NCBI RefSeq assembly: GCF_964194155.1
Contig: NC_135881.1
Location: 16,368,001 to 16,432,000 of the forward strand
Direction: 5' to 3'
Length of the DNA: 64,000 bases
Source: Cetorhinus maximus
Lineage: Eukaryota
A program made the translations under genes and the position numbers. This document shows positions 25,565 through 37,438 of this stretch, one piece after another; position 1 is the stretch's first letter, and the number at the start of each line of letters is the position of its first letter. The notes under the pieces were generated by a model that was given only the letters and a program-made list of their open reading frames with translations, ran no database searches and had not been told where the DNA came from.

Positions 25565-25750
25565 CACATACCCCAGAGACCCGAGCACATAATCAAGGCT
25601 GACATTCCAGTACAGTGCGAAGGGGGTGCTACACTGTTGCAGATGTCGCCTTTCACAAGAGATGTTAAATCGTGGCCCCCATTTGCCCTCTCAGGTGGAT
25701 GGAGAGACCCTATGGCGCTTTTTGAAGAGCAGGGGAGCTCTCCCCAGTGG
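25565..25750 (+). mobile_element. Deu-domain SINE fragment
   Basis: gagatgttaaatcgtggccccc...gccctctcaggtgga Deu core. Confidence 0.65.
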
Positions 25751-26722
25751 AAGTGGTTACTGTCCAATCCCTCAACCAAATTCAGCCATTCTTCTTAAAG
25801 GGTCTCCTCAAGGTCTTTGTAGGCTGGTTGGCATTTCCAGCTCGTGCCATCAGACAGGAAAGCATTCATATGCCAGCTGGAGAATATTTTTGGCTCGATT
25901 TCAGTAGTGGAGGCCTTATAAATCCTTTAAAGGATTATAGAGAGGGAAGCGCGGGGAGGATAGCATTTAAGAGGGCTGTGAAAAGTGAGCTCTCACTCAG
26001 CATCACGGTTAATGAAATGGCTGGAACCACGGGAAGACTTGAAAGAATAAAAAAAAAGGTAAACTCCAAGCTGCTATTGCTGTCAGTCCAAAGTCACTAG
26101 TTTGACATTGGCTGGAGAGGGGTTTGTTGCAACCTGGTAAGCATTCTAGGGCAAGCGAGGCTGTGGGGCGGGTATTTTGACAAGGTTTATTTTCATTTCC
26201 TTTTGGAATGCGGGCGTCAGTGGCTAGGCCAGCGTTTATTCCCCCTCCCTAATTCCCCCTTGAGAAGGTGGTGGTGGTGAGCTGCCTTCTTGAACCGCAG
26301 CAGTCCATCTGGTGCGGGTACGCCCACAGTGCTGTTATAGGGAGCTCCAGTAACGTTGAAAGAATGGAGTTCCAAGTCGGAATGACTTAGATAATAGCTC
26401 AGAGGTGATGGGGGATCCCGTGCGTCTGCTGCCCCTTGTCTTTCTAAATGGTTGAGGTGCAGCCTCTAAATATAGGCCCGCTCTCAGCCCCACATTGAAC
26501 AAACCTGGTTCTAGCTACGGAACCAACTGTGAGTCATTCCCCACCATCCACCCTGATGAAGAAGAGGTGGGTAAGGCAGGTAGAGAAAGTAGGCTGATGC
26601 AGGATTAAAATTACGCCCTCAAACAGCAGGAAATCAGGCCACGTACACCAGTCCTGCTGCGTAAGTCTTGGCTGCTGTGCTTTGGGGCATTTATTGCGCA
26701 GATTGGTAGCGCTGCCACTAAC

Positions 26723-26864
26723 CTGGTGATACAGATTCTCCCAGAAGTCCTGCGTCATTAGGCGAAAGAGGGAGAGGAAGGCCCAGCCAAAGTTATCAAA
26801 GCTTGTGTAATTGTAATCAGGGTTCCTTCCAGCCTTCAAACATATAAAATGCGTGGGGCACTTC
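26723..26864 (-). CDS. SCN5A: Nav alpha exon: DI pore loop ([47 protein letters not shown])
   Basis: Contains the DEKA-filter Asp (TQD); acceptor tcacag|G, donor CAG|gttagt; 142 nt. Confidence 0.96.
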
Positions 26865-27654
26865 CTGTGAAAGAGAGGGAAAGTAATCATACACTCAAAA
26901 AAACAAATTCCATCTATTTCTCACCGTGAGCAGAAAAGACAAGTCATTTCACAAAAGCCGAGTGTGAAAGGAGGTAATAAGCGGGGCAAAGGAGTGGACT
27001 CTAGCGCCGTGCTGTCCGATACGCTCGCCATCGGCCGCATGTGGTGAGTCGGCCACGGTGAAGGGGCAAATTGATGCTGTTCGTCAGGGGAGAGGTTTTA
27101 ATCAGGTGGACACCAGGACTCTGGGGCGGCCCATTCAGCTGAAGACACGGTTCCAGGAACCTGTGGCCCACGTCAAAATTAAGAAGAAAATCCTGCTGGT
27201 AAAACGATCGTTAGCATTAAAAAAGCCGTAGCACTGCTCCAATACGATATGTGGTAAAGGGGCTGCCATTGAAGGAAGTGTTGAAATATTTTGCCTGCTA
27301 CACCACAAGCTGTTCTTTGACTGAGTTGTTGTCTCAGTGCCGTGCACTACCTTTCACCTTTAGTCCTGTCCTAAATCCCACTTCACCGCTGAGGCTTGTT
27401 ACACCATTCAGCACATTCTTTGCATATATTTTGTATCGTGCAGCGAACATGGCGACCTGATCGCCACACGACTGGCAGGTTTCGAAATCCCAATGGGGAA
27501 CACTGGTCAAGTGTAAGATTCAAGAGAGGCAACTGAAAATGCAGGTCAGCGATGAGAGAATTAAGGGAGGTGTGTTCGTGAGAGATTGGGGGTGGGGGGC
27601 AGGGAAAGATACTTGAAATCTCTGAACCAATGTTAGGACAAGGGAGTGGGATTT

Positions 27655-28237
27655 TTCTTTTATTCATTCATGAACTAGGCCAGCATTTATTGCCCAGCCC
27701 TAATTGCCCTTGAGAAGATGGTGGTGAGCTGCCTTGAACCGCTGCAGTCCATGTGGTGTACTTACACCCACAGTGCTGTTAGGAAGGGAGTTCCAGGATT
27801 TTGACCCAGCGACAGTGAAGGAACGGTGATATATTTCCAAGTCAGGATGGTGGGTGTCTTGGAGGGGAACTTCCAGGTGGTGGTGTTCCCATCTATCTGC
27901 TGCCCCTTGTCCTTCTAGATGGTAGTGGTCATGGGTTTGGAAGGTGCTGTTGAAGGAGCCTTGAGGAGTTGCTGCGGTGCATCTTGTAGATGCTGCTACT
28001 GTGCGAGAATGGTGGAGGGAGTGAATGTTTGTGAATGTGGTGCCGATCAAGCGGGCTGCTTTGTCCTGGATGGTGCCAACCTTCCTGAGTGTTGTTGGAG
28101 CTGCACTCATCCAGGCAACTGGAGAGTATTTCATCACATTCCTGACCTGTGCCTTGTAGATGACGGACAGGCTTTGGGGAGTGAGGAGATGAGTTACTGG
28201 CTGAAGAATTCCCAGCCTGACCCTCTCCTGTAGCCAT
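27655..28237 (-). mobile_element. HER1-like LINE 3' fragment
   Basis: MMKYSPVAWMSAAPTTLRK...SWNSLPN plus 3' tail. Short tails of the same family lie at ~17560-17690, 25190-25360, 26190-26450, 28540-28685, 43875-43980 and 45045-45160. Confidence 0.88.
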
Positions 28238-28756
28238 TGCTCAATGGATCAGAACTAGAGGACTAAAGGATGCAGGAAGGGATGTAGAGTGTGAATTTGG
28301 TGGTAGTGTTCTTGCCTCTAAGGCAGAAAGGGTTTGAATCTCAATCTTTCGGATGACCTGCCTGCTGTGCAGGGAATACTAACTCATGCCATGGCACATT
28401 TGAAAAAGAGCAGGAAATTTTCCGGATGTCAAAACAGAGAATGCTGGAAATACTCAGTAGGTCTGGCAACATCTGCAGATAAAGAAGTAGAGTTAATGTT
28501 TCAAATTGGTCACCTTTCATCAGAACTGTTGAAATATTATCTTTATCTGTTCATGGGATGTGGGCGTCGCTGGCTGGGCCAGCATTTATTGCCCATCCCT
28601 AGTTACCCTTGAGAAGGTGATGGTGAGCTGCCTTCTTGAACCGCTGCAGTCCATGTGGTGTTGGTACACCCGCAGTGCCGTTAGAGCCTGCTGTGAGTTT
28701 GCTGTGTGAAAATTGGCTGCTACATTTCCTGAATGACAACAGTAACTACACTTCAA

Positions 28757-29420
28757 AAGAACAAAGAACAAAGAAAAGTACAGCACAGGAACAGGCCCTT
28801 CGGCCCTCCAAGCCTGCGCCGATCATATTGCCCGTCAAACTAAAACATTTTGCGGGGTCCGTATCCCTCTATTCCCATCCTATTCATGTATTTGTCAAGC
28901 TGCCCCTTAAACACCACTATCGTACCTGCTTCCACCACCTCCTCTGGCAGCGAATTCCAGACACTCACTACCCTCTGCGTAAAAAACTTGCCCCACACAT
29001 CTCCTCTAAAGTTTTCTCCTCTCACCTTAAATCAATGTCCCCTAGTAATTGACTCTTCCACCCTGGGAAAAAGCTTCTGACTATCTACTCTGTCCATGCC
29101 ACTCGTAATTTTGTAAACTTCTATCAAGTCACCCCTCAATCTCCGTCGCTCTAGAGAGAACAATCCGAGTTTCTCCAACCTCTCCTCATAGCTAATAACC
29201 TCCAGACCAGGCAGCATCCTGGTAAACCTCCTCTGCACCCTCTCCAACACCTCCATATCCTTCTGGTAATGTGGCGACCAGAATTGCACGCAATATTCCA
29301 AGTGTGGCCTAACCAAGGTTCTATACAGCTGCAGCATGACTTCCCAGCTTTTATACTCAATACCCCTGCAGATGAAGGCAAGCATGCCATATGCCTTCCT
29401 GACTACCTTATCCACCTGTG
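28757..29420 (-). mobile_element. Relatively young CR1 LINE 3' end
   Basis: LYRTLVRPHLEYCVQFWSPHY...LERRRLRGDLIEVYKI and FFTQRVVSVWNSLP well preserved; (ttctttg)n-type tail at ~28757-28777. Confidence 0.92.
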
Positions 29421-30486
29421 GACTGTACACCCAGATCCCTCTGCCGTTGATGCACTTAAGTGTTCTGCCATTTATTGTATAATTCCTGCCTGTATTAGAC
29501 CCTCCAAAAGTAACTTATGGCTCGACAGGGCTTTGGGATTGTGGTTGTGAATGGAGCTATATAATTTCTTTTTCCTTTAAAGGGAAATTGTTGCAATTTG
29601 AGAGGTTTTCTCATGGGGTTAAGGTTCAAATCAGCTATGCTCTAACTGAATGGCGGAGCAGGAGTCAACTATTTGGGGCAGCCGGTATTGAAAAGATGTT
29701 ATCTATCTCGACTCCTTAAAGCCCCAATGCACAAATCAAAACTCCAGTAACCGAAAGTCCTTTTCAACACAAAAAGGCAAACTGAGGTGGCCATGCTAAG
29801 AGTCTTGTCTATTTTTGCTTCTTTGCTGCAGACAGCTTAAGTAGCCCATAATCGTCACAGGGATGAAGGTAGCTGCCATCACCATAGCAACATGAGCTAA
29901 GGCGGTTGCTGCTGGTGAAAATTATTTCACGTGAGGCCTGCTCAGCCCTTTTCTGGTCAGATAAACAGGCCACATTCATGAGGAAAAAGCGCTACCGAGA
30001 GAGGGAGAGAGAGAGAGTGAGTGAGAGAGATCTGGAGAAACACATAACAAATGGTGAGAGGGCTGCAGCCACAAACTAGGCCTCAGTTGGAATTCTGAAC
30101 AAAGTGAATTTTGCACCTCTGTCTTCACGTCTTATGCTCAGTGTCTAAATTAAATTTGCACCATTACCCCTTTCTCGCCATTTCATCCCTCCGGCCTTCC
30201 ACCTTGTCACTCACCTTCCCTTCCATTCTCCCCGCCCCCCCCAACCCCGAAGAGGTATCCTTTGAAAAGTGTACTTTGGGGCAAAGTTCCTACTAGGATG
30301 AGCAGTGGTGTAGTCACCTGCTAGGTGCTCGCTCTGTGGTAAATGATATCGGCCTGCAGCCACGCAAAATAACTTAAAGGGACTGTGCTCTTAAAGGAAA
30401 CAATAATCGAATGTTAAAGGGAACACTGGGACCAGTGATGGTCTTGCTTATCATCTAGTCCATAAACAGATGATTGTTCTACTTAC

Positions 30487-30550
30487 CCAGCATCTGTGTT
30501 GTTTCCACAGAGTAAGGCGTCCTTTTTTCCCTCAATATAATAGTAGTTAT
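30487..30550 (-). CDS. SCN5A: Nav alpha exon: DI S5-P loop ((D)NYYYIEGKKDALLCGNNTDAG)
   Basis: Not in the ORF track; found by reading. DALLCGNxxDAG motif, acceptor tttag|AT, donor GG|gtaagt; 64 nt, the usual size of this SCN exon. Confidence 0.95.
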
Positions 30551-30699
30551 CTAAATGGTAACAAAATTAAAAATAGCATTAGTCTACAATAGTACTTGTT
30601 AGCTAGTGAGCAAAAAATGTCAAATAAACCTTTGGTTTGGTTTAAACTTTTGGTTGCAGCACTGAGGAGATTACAAAGATATGGAAGGTTGTAGGACTT

Positions 30700-30995
30700 T
30701 TTGCTCATTTGTTCATGGGATGTGGGCGTCGCTGGCTAGGCCAGCATTTATTGCCAATCCCTAGTTACCCTTGTTCAGAGGGCATTTTTAAGAGTCAACC
30801 ACATTGTTGTGGGTCTGGAGTCACATGTAGGCCAGACCAGGTAAGGACGGTAGATTTCCTTCCCTAAAGGACATTAATGAACCAGATGGGTTTTTACAAC
30901 AATCGACAACAGTTTCGTGGTCATCATCAGACTTTTAATCCCAGATTTTTATTGAATTCAAATTTCACCATCAGCCATGGTAGGATTTTAACCCG
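30700..30995 (-). mobile_element. HE1-like SINE
   Basis: Reverse complement of the element at 10660-11000. Confidence 0.82.
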
Positions 30996-31017
30996 GGGTG
31001 GGGGGATTGCAAAGAAT

Positions 31018-31753
31018 GGTTACAAAGACAGGGAGGGTTGTAGGGGCTGGAGGAGGTTACAGAGATAGGGAGGGTTGTAGGGCTGGAGGAGGTTACAAAG
31101 ACAGGGAAGGTTGTAGGGCTGGAGGAGGTTACAAAGACAGGGAGGGTTGTAGTACTGGAGGAGGTTACAGGGATAGGGAGGGTTGTAGGGCTGGAGTAGG
31201 TTACAAAGACAGGGAGGTTTGTAGGGCTGGAGGAGGTTACAGGGATAGGGAGGGTTGTAGGGTCTGGAGGAGGTTACAGAGATAGGGAGGGTTGTAGGGC
31301 TGGAGGAGGTTACAGGGATAGGGAGGGTTGTAGGGGCTGGAGGAGGTTACAGGGATAGGGAGGATTGTAGTGTTGGACGAGGTTACAGAGATAGGGAGGG
31401 TTGTAGGAGCTGGAGGAGGTTACAGAGATAGGGAGGGTTGTAGGGCTGGAGGAGGTTACAGAGATAGGGAGGATTGTAGTGCTGGAGGAGGTTACAGAGA
31501 TAGGGAGGGTTGTAGTGCTGGAGGAGGTTACAGAGACAGGGAGGGTTGTAGGAGCTGGAGGAGGTTACAGAGATAGGGAGGGTCGTAGGGCTGGAGGAGG
31601 TTACAGGGATAGGGAGGGTCATAGGGCTGGAGGAGGTTACAGGGATAGGGAGGGTTGTAGGGCTGGAGGAGGTTACAGAGAAAGGGAGGGTTGTAGGGCT
31701 GGAGGAGGTTACAGAGATAGGGAGGGTTGTAGGGCTGGAGGAGGTTACAAAGA
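31018..31753. repeat. 36-bp minisatellite, about 20 copies (ggttacagagatagggagggttgtagggctggagga)
   Basis: Direct tandem copies with occasional 37-bp units. Confidence 0.97.
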
Positions 31754-33078
31754 TTGAGACAGCAGTGGCTGTTTTCAACATGAAAGCAAGGTTGCTTAAT
31801 GAGTTCAGATATGATTCTTTCCCATTGCTGGTTTAAGAGAGGCTCTAACACTAATATGGTGGACAGAATGTCGTATACGGTCCCACTGGTATATAGTCCA
31901 TTCCCCATTAGTATCCTATTGTTTTTAAATTCTACTGCATCCCGAAATGAGATCAGCACGAGCGATGGGATTGGTGCGGAGTTTTCATTATAGACAAGAC
32001 AGTGGGTCTCCCTGAGCAGCATTAACTTTGATTTGAAACAGACTTGATTGCCTCGGAGTTTATAGCCGGATGATGCGTTTTGGAATACCAAATCCCAGCA
32101 CCAACCATAACGGAATGAGTGGGACTAGCTGAGTTGCTCTCGCAGTGAGCCAATGTCAACACAGAGAGCCAAATGGTCTCCTTCTATGTTGTAGCCATTC
32201 AATGATGCCAAAAGGCCATTGACCTGATCAAGCTTCCTCCACAGGCCTTGCACAATCTACCCTATCATGGTCTCTGCCCCATCTATTTACGGTCCTGTGG
32301 GCAAGTTCTGTCTGAGTACTCCCTGATCGCTAAAGGTAATCAATCTCCATCTCTTATTCAGCTCCATTAGACAAAAAAATCCAATGACTCACCTCCTCAC
32401 CCCAGGTAAAAGTTGCCTGTGGAGCCTCACTGGCTACGGTTAAAGACAGAACTTTAGTGTTGAAAGTAGTGGACTGCTCGCCCCTGGTTCATTACCCCAC
32501 TGAAGCAAGTGTGAACTGGGAAATGATAAGCTAGCGCTAGAAAATGAACACTAATGTTCCCAGGCTGGTCATTGTAAAAAATCCACCGGTTCACTAGTGC
32601 CCTTTGTGAGTGGCAGCCTGCCATACTCTGCCTGCATGTGACTCCAGACCCACACCATGTAGTTAACTCGAAATGTCCACAGGGATAGGCGGTAGACCCT
32701 GCCCTGCTATTGTTTTCCCACAGCCAAAGATCAAACTGTGAGAACACAGCCGACGTCTCGAGCTCCATTGGAAAGCGCCTGAAGATCTAAACCCCCTCAA
32801 TGTTACAAAAAACAGGAGAAAACTGTGGGCGAGGAGGGTCGTGGGGTCATAAGGTTACATTATTGACCTAGTAGAGATTCAATGATAGCAAACTTCACTC
32901 TTTACTACAATGGCTTCCTGAGGTATTCGAGGTACTTCACTAACTTGCTTCGTTACTACAAGAGGGTCTGGAGTGAGCTGTCCGACCACAATCCAGCCTG
33001 TAATTTTCATCTGTCTGTCAACCGGAACTATACTCCTGGTGGCTTCATATAATAGGAAACAAAACTGTTCAAACAAAC

Positions 33079-33428
33079 ATGAAGATGATGCACAATCGCT
33101 CTCGTGTCTCAATGAGCTGCTCGCAGCAGCGACCTGGGGGTTAGTCCTTCATCCCTGGCCACTCCAGGAGGGTTGGCCACCCTGATGGGCCTCCTATGAC
33201 GAGTGGCATCAATAGCGCAACTGCAGATGTGGCACGTCTAGACGCGTGGTAAGATAAAGAGTGCCGAGTGTTCAAGGGGCCGCCCAGCTCTCCCCTCAAC
33301 CTGCTCCCACACTGTCGAACAATCGTGGCAATGCTCGGATGCGAGGGGTGGGAGTCTTCACCCGCTACGCAAGGCTTGGCCATTTAACCACATTACCAGC
33401 GCCTATAGAACCCGATAAAGAGTCAACT
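33079..33428 (+). repeat. Left arm of long inverted repeat
   Basis: Reverse complement of 37439-37790; roughly 12-14 differences by manual comparison. Confidence 0.95.
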
Positions 33429-33514
33429 GTGGGTCAGTGAGTGTTGGGGGGTGGGGCGAGGTGGGGACAGGGGGCGGTGGAACAAGAGAAAGAGACTGGG
33501 GTAAGAAAAAGGTT

Positions 33515-33732
33515 CAAACAAAAACGGAAAATGCTGGAAAAACTCAGCAGGTCTGACAGCATCTGTGGAGAGAGAAACAGAGTTAACGTTTCGAGTCCGT
33601 ATAACTCTTCATTCAGAGCTCTGAAACACTGACTCTCTCTCTCTCACCACAGATGCTGTCAGACCTGCTGAGTTTTTCCAGCATTTTCTGTTTTTGTTTC
33701 AGATTTCCAGCATCTGCAGTATTTTGCTTTTA
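33515..33732. mobile_element. Palindromic pair of Penelope terminal repeats
   Basis: gaaaatgctggaaaaactcagcaggtctgacagcatctgtgg / ccacagatgctgtcagacctgctgagtttttccagcattttc; its end matches the Penelope terminus at 10430-10500. Confidence 0.8.
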
Positions 33733-33744
33733 AGACAAAGGTTG

Positions 33745-35335
33745 NNNNNNNNNNNNNNNNNNNNNNNNNNNNNNNNNNNNNNNNNNNNNNNNNNNNNNNN
33801 NNNNNNNNNNNNNNNNNNNNNNNNNNNNNNNNNNNNNNNNNNNNNNNNNNNNNNNNNNNNNNNNNNNNNNNNNNNNNNNNNNNNNNNNNNNNNNNNNNNN
33901 NNNNNNNNNNNNNGAGTGTGTGTCTGTCTGTNNNNNNNNNNNNNNNNNNNNNNNNNNNNNNNNNNNNNNNNNNNNNNNNNNNNNNNNNNNNNNNNNNNNN
34001 NNNNNNNNNNNNNNNNNNNNNNNNNNNNNNNNNNNNNNNNNNNNNNNNNNNNNNNNNNNNNNNNNNNNNNNNNNNNNNNNNNNNNNNNNNNNNNNNNNNN
34101 NNNNNNNNNNNNNNNNNNNNNNNNNNNNNNNNNNNNNNNNNNNNNNNNNNNNNNNNNNNNNNNNNNNNNNNNNNNNNNNNNNNNNNNNNNNNNNNNNNNN
34201 NNNNNNNNNNNNNNNNNNNNNGTGCCTGAGTGTGAGCATGTGTGAATGTATGCGAGTGTGTGTGTGAGTGTGTGTATGTATGTGAGTGTGTGTGTGTGTT
34301 TGTGTGTGGGTGCGAGTGTGTGCATGTATGTGTCTGTCTGTGTGTGAGCATGCGTGTTTGTGAGTGTCTGTGTGTGATTTTGTGTGTGTGTTTGTGTGTC
34401 TGTGTGTGTGTATGTGTGAGTGTGTGTTTGTGTTTNNNNNNNNNNNNNNNNNNNNNNNNNNNNNNNNNNNNNNNNNNNNNNNNNNNNNNNNNNNNNNNNN
34501 NNNNNNNNNNNNNNNNNNNNNNNNNNNNNNNNNNNNNNNNNNNNNNNNNNNNNNNNNNNNNNNNNNNNNNNNNNNNNNNNNNNNNNNNNNNNNNNNNNNN
34601 NNNNNNNNNNNNNNNNNNNNNNNNNNNNNNNNNNNNNNNNNNNNNNNNNNNNNNNNNNNNNNNNNNNNNNNNNNNNNNNNNNNNNNNNNNNNNNNNNNNN
34701 NNNNNNNNNNNNNNNNNNNNNNNNNNNNNNNNNNNNNNNNNNNNNNNNNNNNNNNNNNNNNNNNNNNNNNNNNNNNNNNNNNNNNNNNNNNNNNNNNNNN
34801 NNNNNNNNNNNNNNNNNNNNNNNNNNNNNNNNNNNNNNNNNNNNNNNNNNNNNNNNNNNNNNNNNNNNNNNNNNNNNNNNNNNNNNNNNNNNNNNNNNNN
34901 NNNNNNNNNNNNNNNNNNNNNNNNNNNNNNNNNNNNNNNNNNNNNNNNNNNNNNNNNNNNNNNNNNNNNNNNNNNNNNNNNNNNNNNNNNNNNNNNNNNN
35001 NNNNNNNNNNNNNNNNNNNNNNNNNNNNNNNNNNNNNNNNNNNNNNNNNNNNNNNNNNNNNNNNNNNNNNNNNNNNNNNNNNNNNNNNNNNNNNNNNNNN
35101 NNNNNNNNNNNNNNNNNNNNNNNNNNNNNNNNNNNNNNNNNNNNNNNNNNNNNNNNNNNNNNNNNNNNNNNNNNNNNNNNNNNNNNNNNNNNNNNNNNNN
35201 NNNNNNNNNNNNNNNNNNNNNNNNNNNNNNNNNNNNNNNNNNNNNNNNNNNNNNNNNNNNNNNNNNNNNNNNNNNNNNNNNNNNNNNNNNNNNNNNNNNN
35301 NNNNNNNNNNNNNNNNNNNNNNNNNNNNNNNNNNN
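33745..35335. repeat. Long degenerate (TG)n region, mostly N (33745-33913, 33932-34221, 34436-35335)
   Basis: All visible islands between the N runs are TG-rich. Confidence 0.75.
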
Positions 35336-35936
35336 GGCTTCAGTGTGTGTTGAACTGATAAGAAGCCACCTGTATTCTTCCGTCCACCATTTCAATAAAG
35401 AGAGGCCGATTAAGAAGGCCATAAGCATTTTGCCCTTGAACACAAAGACTTTTATTAAGGAAAATCCTGATGGGATTGACAGCATTTGACAATATTGGGA
35501 TAATCACAATATTGTGATATCTTTCCACAGGGAGCATGTAAGACACAATCAGCTTTGGAAACAGATTAGGAGCATTTTGATAAAGCTCAAGTTCAAGCGG
35601 TAATCCGTTTGATTTATCATACAGTTTTACTGATGGATGAGTAGGCATCATCTGATGCCAGTCCATGTGGATCAGTCCATTTATTTTTATACTCTGATTA
35701 AAGTTGCATTCTTCTGCAAGTATTCAGCTGAAATCAATGGTGTTTGGCAAGATGGACTGCTCTTTACAAAATGAAAAAAAAGATGTGATTGGATTTGCCT
35801 TTTAACGATCTGTACCGGGGAAGTTTGTTGAAGCAAATGTTGGCTTGTTAGAATTTCCATTTTTGCTGTTGTTACGTGTTGGGCTGTTAATCACAGTATT
35901 GCACTGGATCCAAATCAATTATTTGTTTTCTTTCTT

Positions 35937-36502
35937 CACACACACACAAACACGTACACATACACACACACACAGACACACACGCGTGTGCACACACACA
36001 GATGACACACACACGCNNNNNNNNNNNNNNNNNNNNNNNNNNNNNNNNNNNNNNNNNNNNNNNNNNNNNNNNNNNNNNNNNNNNNNNNNNNNNNNNNNNN
36101 NNNNNNNNNNNNNNNNNNNNNNNNNNNNNNNNNNNNNNNNNNNNNNNNNNNNNNNNNNNNNNNNNNNNNNNNNNNNNNNNNNNNNNNNNNNNNNNNNNNN
36201 NNNNNNNNNNNNNNNNNNNNNNNNNNNNNNNNNNNNNNNNNNNNNNNNNNNNNNNNNNNNNNNNNNNNNNNNNNNNNNNNNNNNNNNNNNNNNNNNNNNN
36301 NNNNNNNNNNNNNNNNNNNNNNNNNNNNNNNNNNNNNNNNNNNNNNNNNNNNNNNNNNNNNNNNNNNNNNNNNNNNNNNNNNNNNNNNNNNNNNNNNNNN
36401 NNNNNNNNNNNNNNNNNNNNNNNNNNNNNNNNNNNNNNNNNNNNNNNNNNNNNNNNNNNNNNNNNNNNNNNNNNNNNNNNNNNNNNNNNNNNNNNNNNNN
36501 NN
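35937..36502. repeat. (CA)n region running into N run 36017-36502
   Basis: Visible CA repeat at 35937-36016. Confidence 0.75.
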
Positions 36503-37438
36503 TGTGAACTCTGTTTTCAACAGTGATAACAGACAGGTAGACAGAGTGGACAGACATTTAAAAACAGTTGCAACTTCCAAAAGCATTTACTCCCCTTACA
36601 TAGGAAGATAGGAACAGGATATCCCAGAAGAAAAAACAGTTCAACATGTTCAAATGCTAGTAACAATCAGTAATACTGGCACCAGTAATACAGGAGTTCC
36701 ATTTTACAGTATACAAGACCAGTTCAGACAAGTTTTACAGGTACTATTCCATCCCACATTTTCCTGTGTTTTTCCTTCTGCGTAGGCCACTCAGCCCCTC
36801 AGGCACGTTACAGGCAGCTCTAAGCCAGAAAGGAAGAACCAGGAAAACTTGGGAAATGGCCGCTACTGCTCTGAACTGGAGTTCCATTTTTGGGGGTATA
36901 CAAGACCAGTTCAGACCAATACCAATCATTTCTCAAGTTTCCCTGTTTTTATTTCCTTCTTCTGGGTATGCAGGGTGTGGAAAATGATTCTTCCTATGTT
37001 GATTTTACTGGGGGTGCTGGGCGTGGTGGTGGGGGAGGTTAGGAGGGTTGGGCTATCCACATGGGGAGACATCTTAACACCCACCAGCAGTCAAAGCCAA
37101 TCCCTGGGTGAGTGCTTATGAAATGTCCCCTTTGCTTACAGTTGGAAAATCCTATCCTCGGCAACTTGCAGGCATTGTCCTCCGATCTTTGCAAGGAATG
37201 CAAATGCTTTGCTCTCACAGCGTTTGAAATGTCAATACAGGATGCCAAAGATCCTATTGTGTTGAGAGGGTGACCAGAAATAGCCCAGGCAATGGGAAGG
37301 AACTTCCAGCGGAGACAGAAACAAGCTAAATGCTTCTGTAAACAAGGCTTCTTTTTCAAATTTTGGTTCACCCTTTTTTTTAAACCCCCGATCGCTTTCT
37401 CTCGTCCCGCCCCTCACTCGCCGACCCACTCCAACGAG

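Noticed and set aside
29877-29891. RFX X-box-like motif (atcaccatagcaac)
   Set aside because: Single imperfect match without supporting context.
30998-31781. (GGGYRDREGCRA)n ORFs resembling Gly-rich RNA-binding proteins
   Set aside because: Translation of the L2-derived minisatellite, broken by 37-bp units.
31755-32091. Protein-looking sense frame (ENSAPIPSLVLISFRDAVEF...)
   Set aside because: No recognisable family or convincing splice sites; the flanking Nav exons already join correctly without it.
33659-36586. Long ORFs of 200-600 aa
   Set aside because: Artefacts of N runs and dinucleotide repeats.
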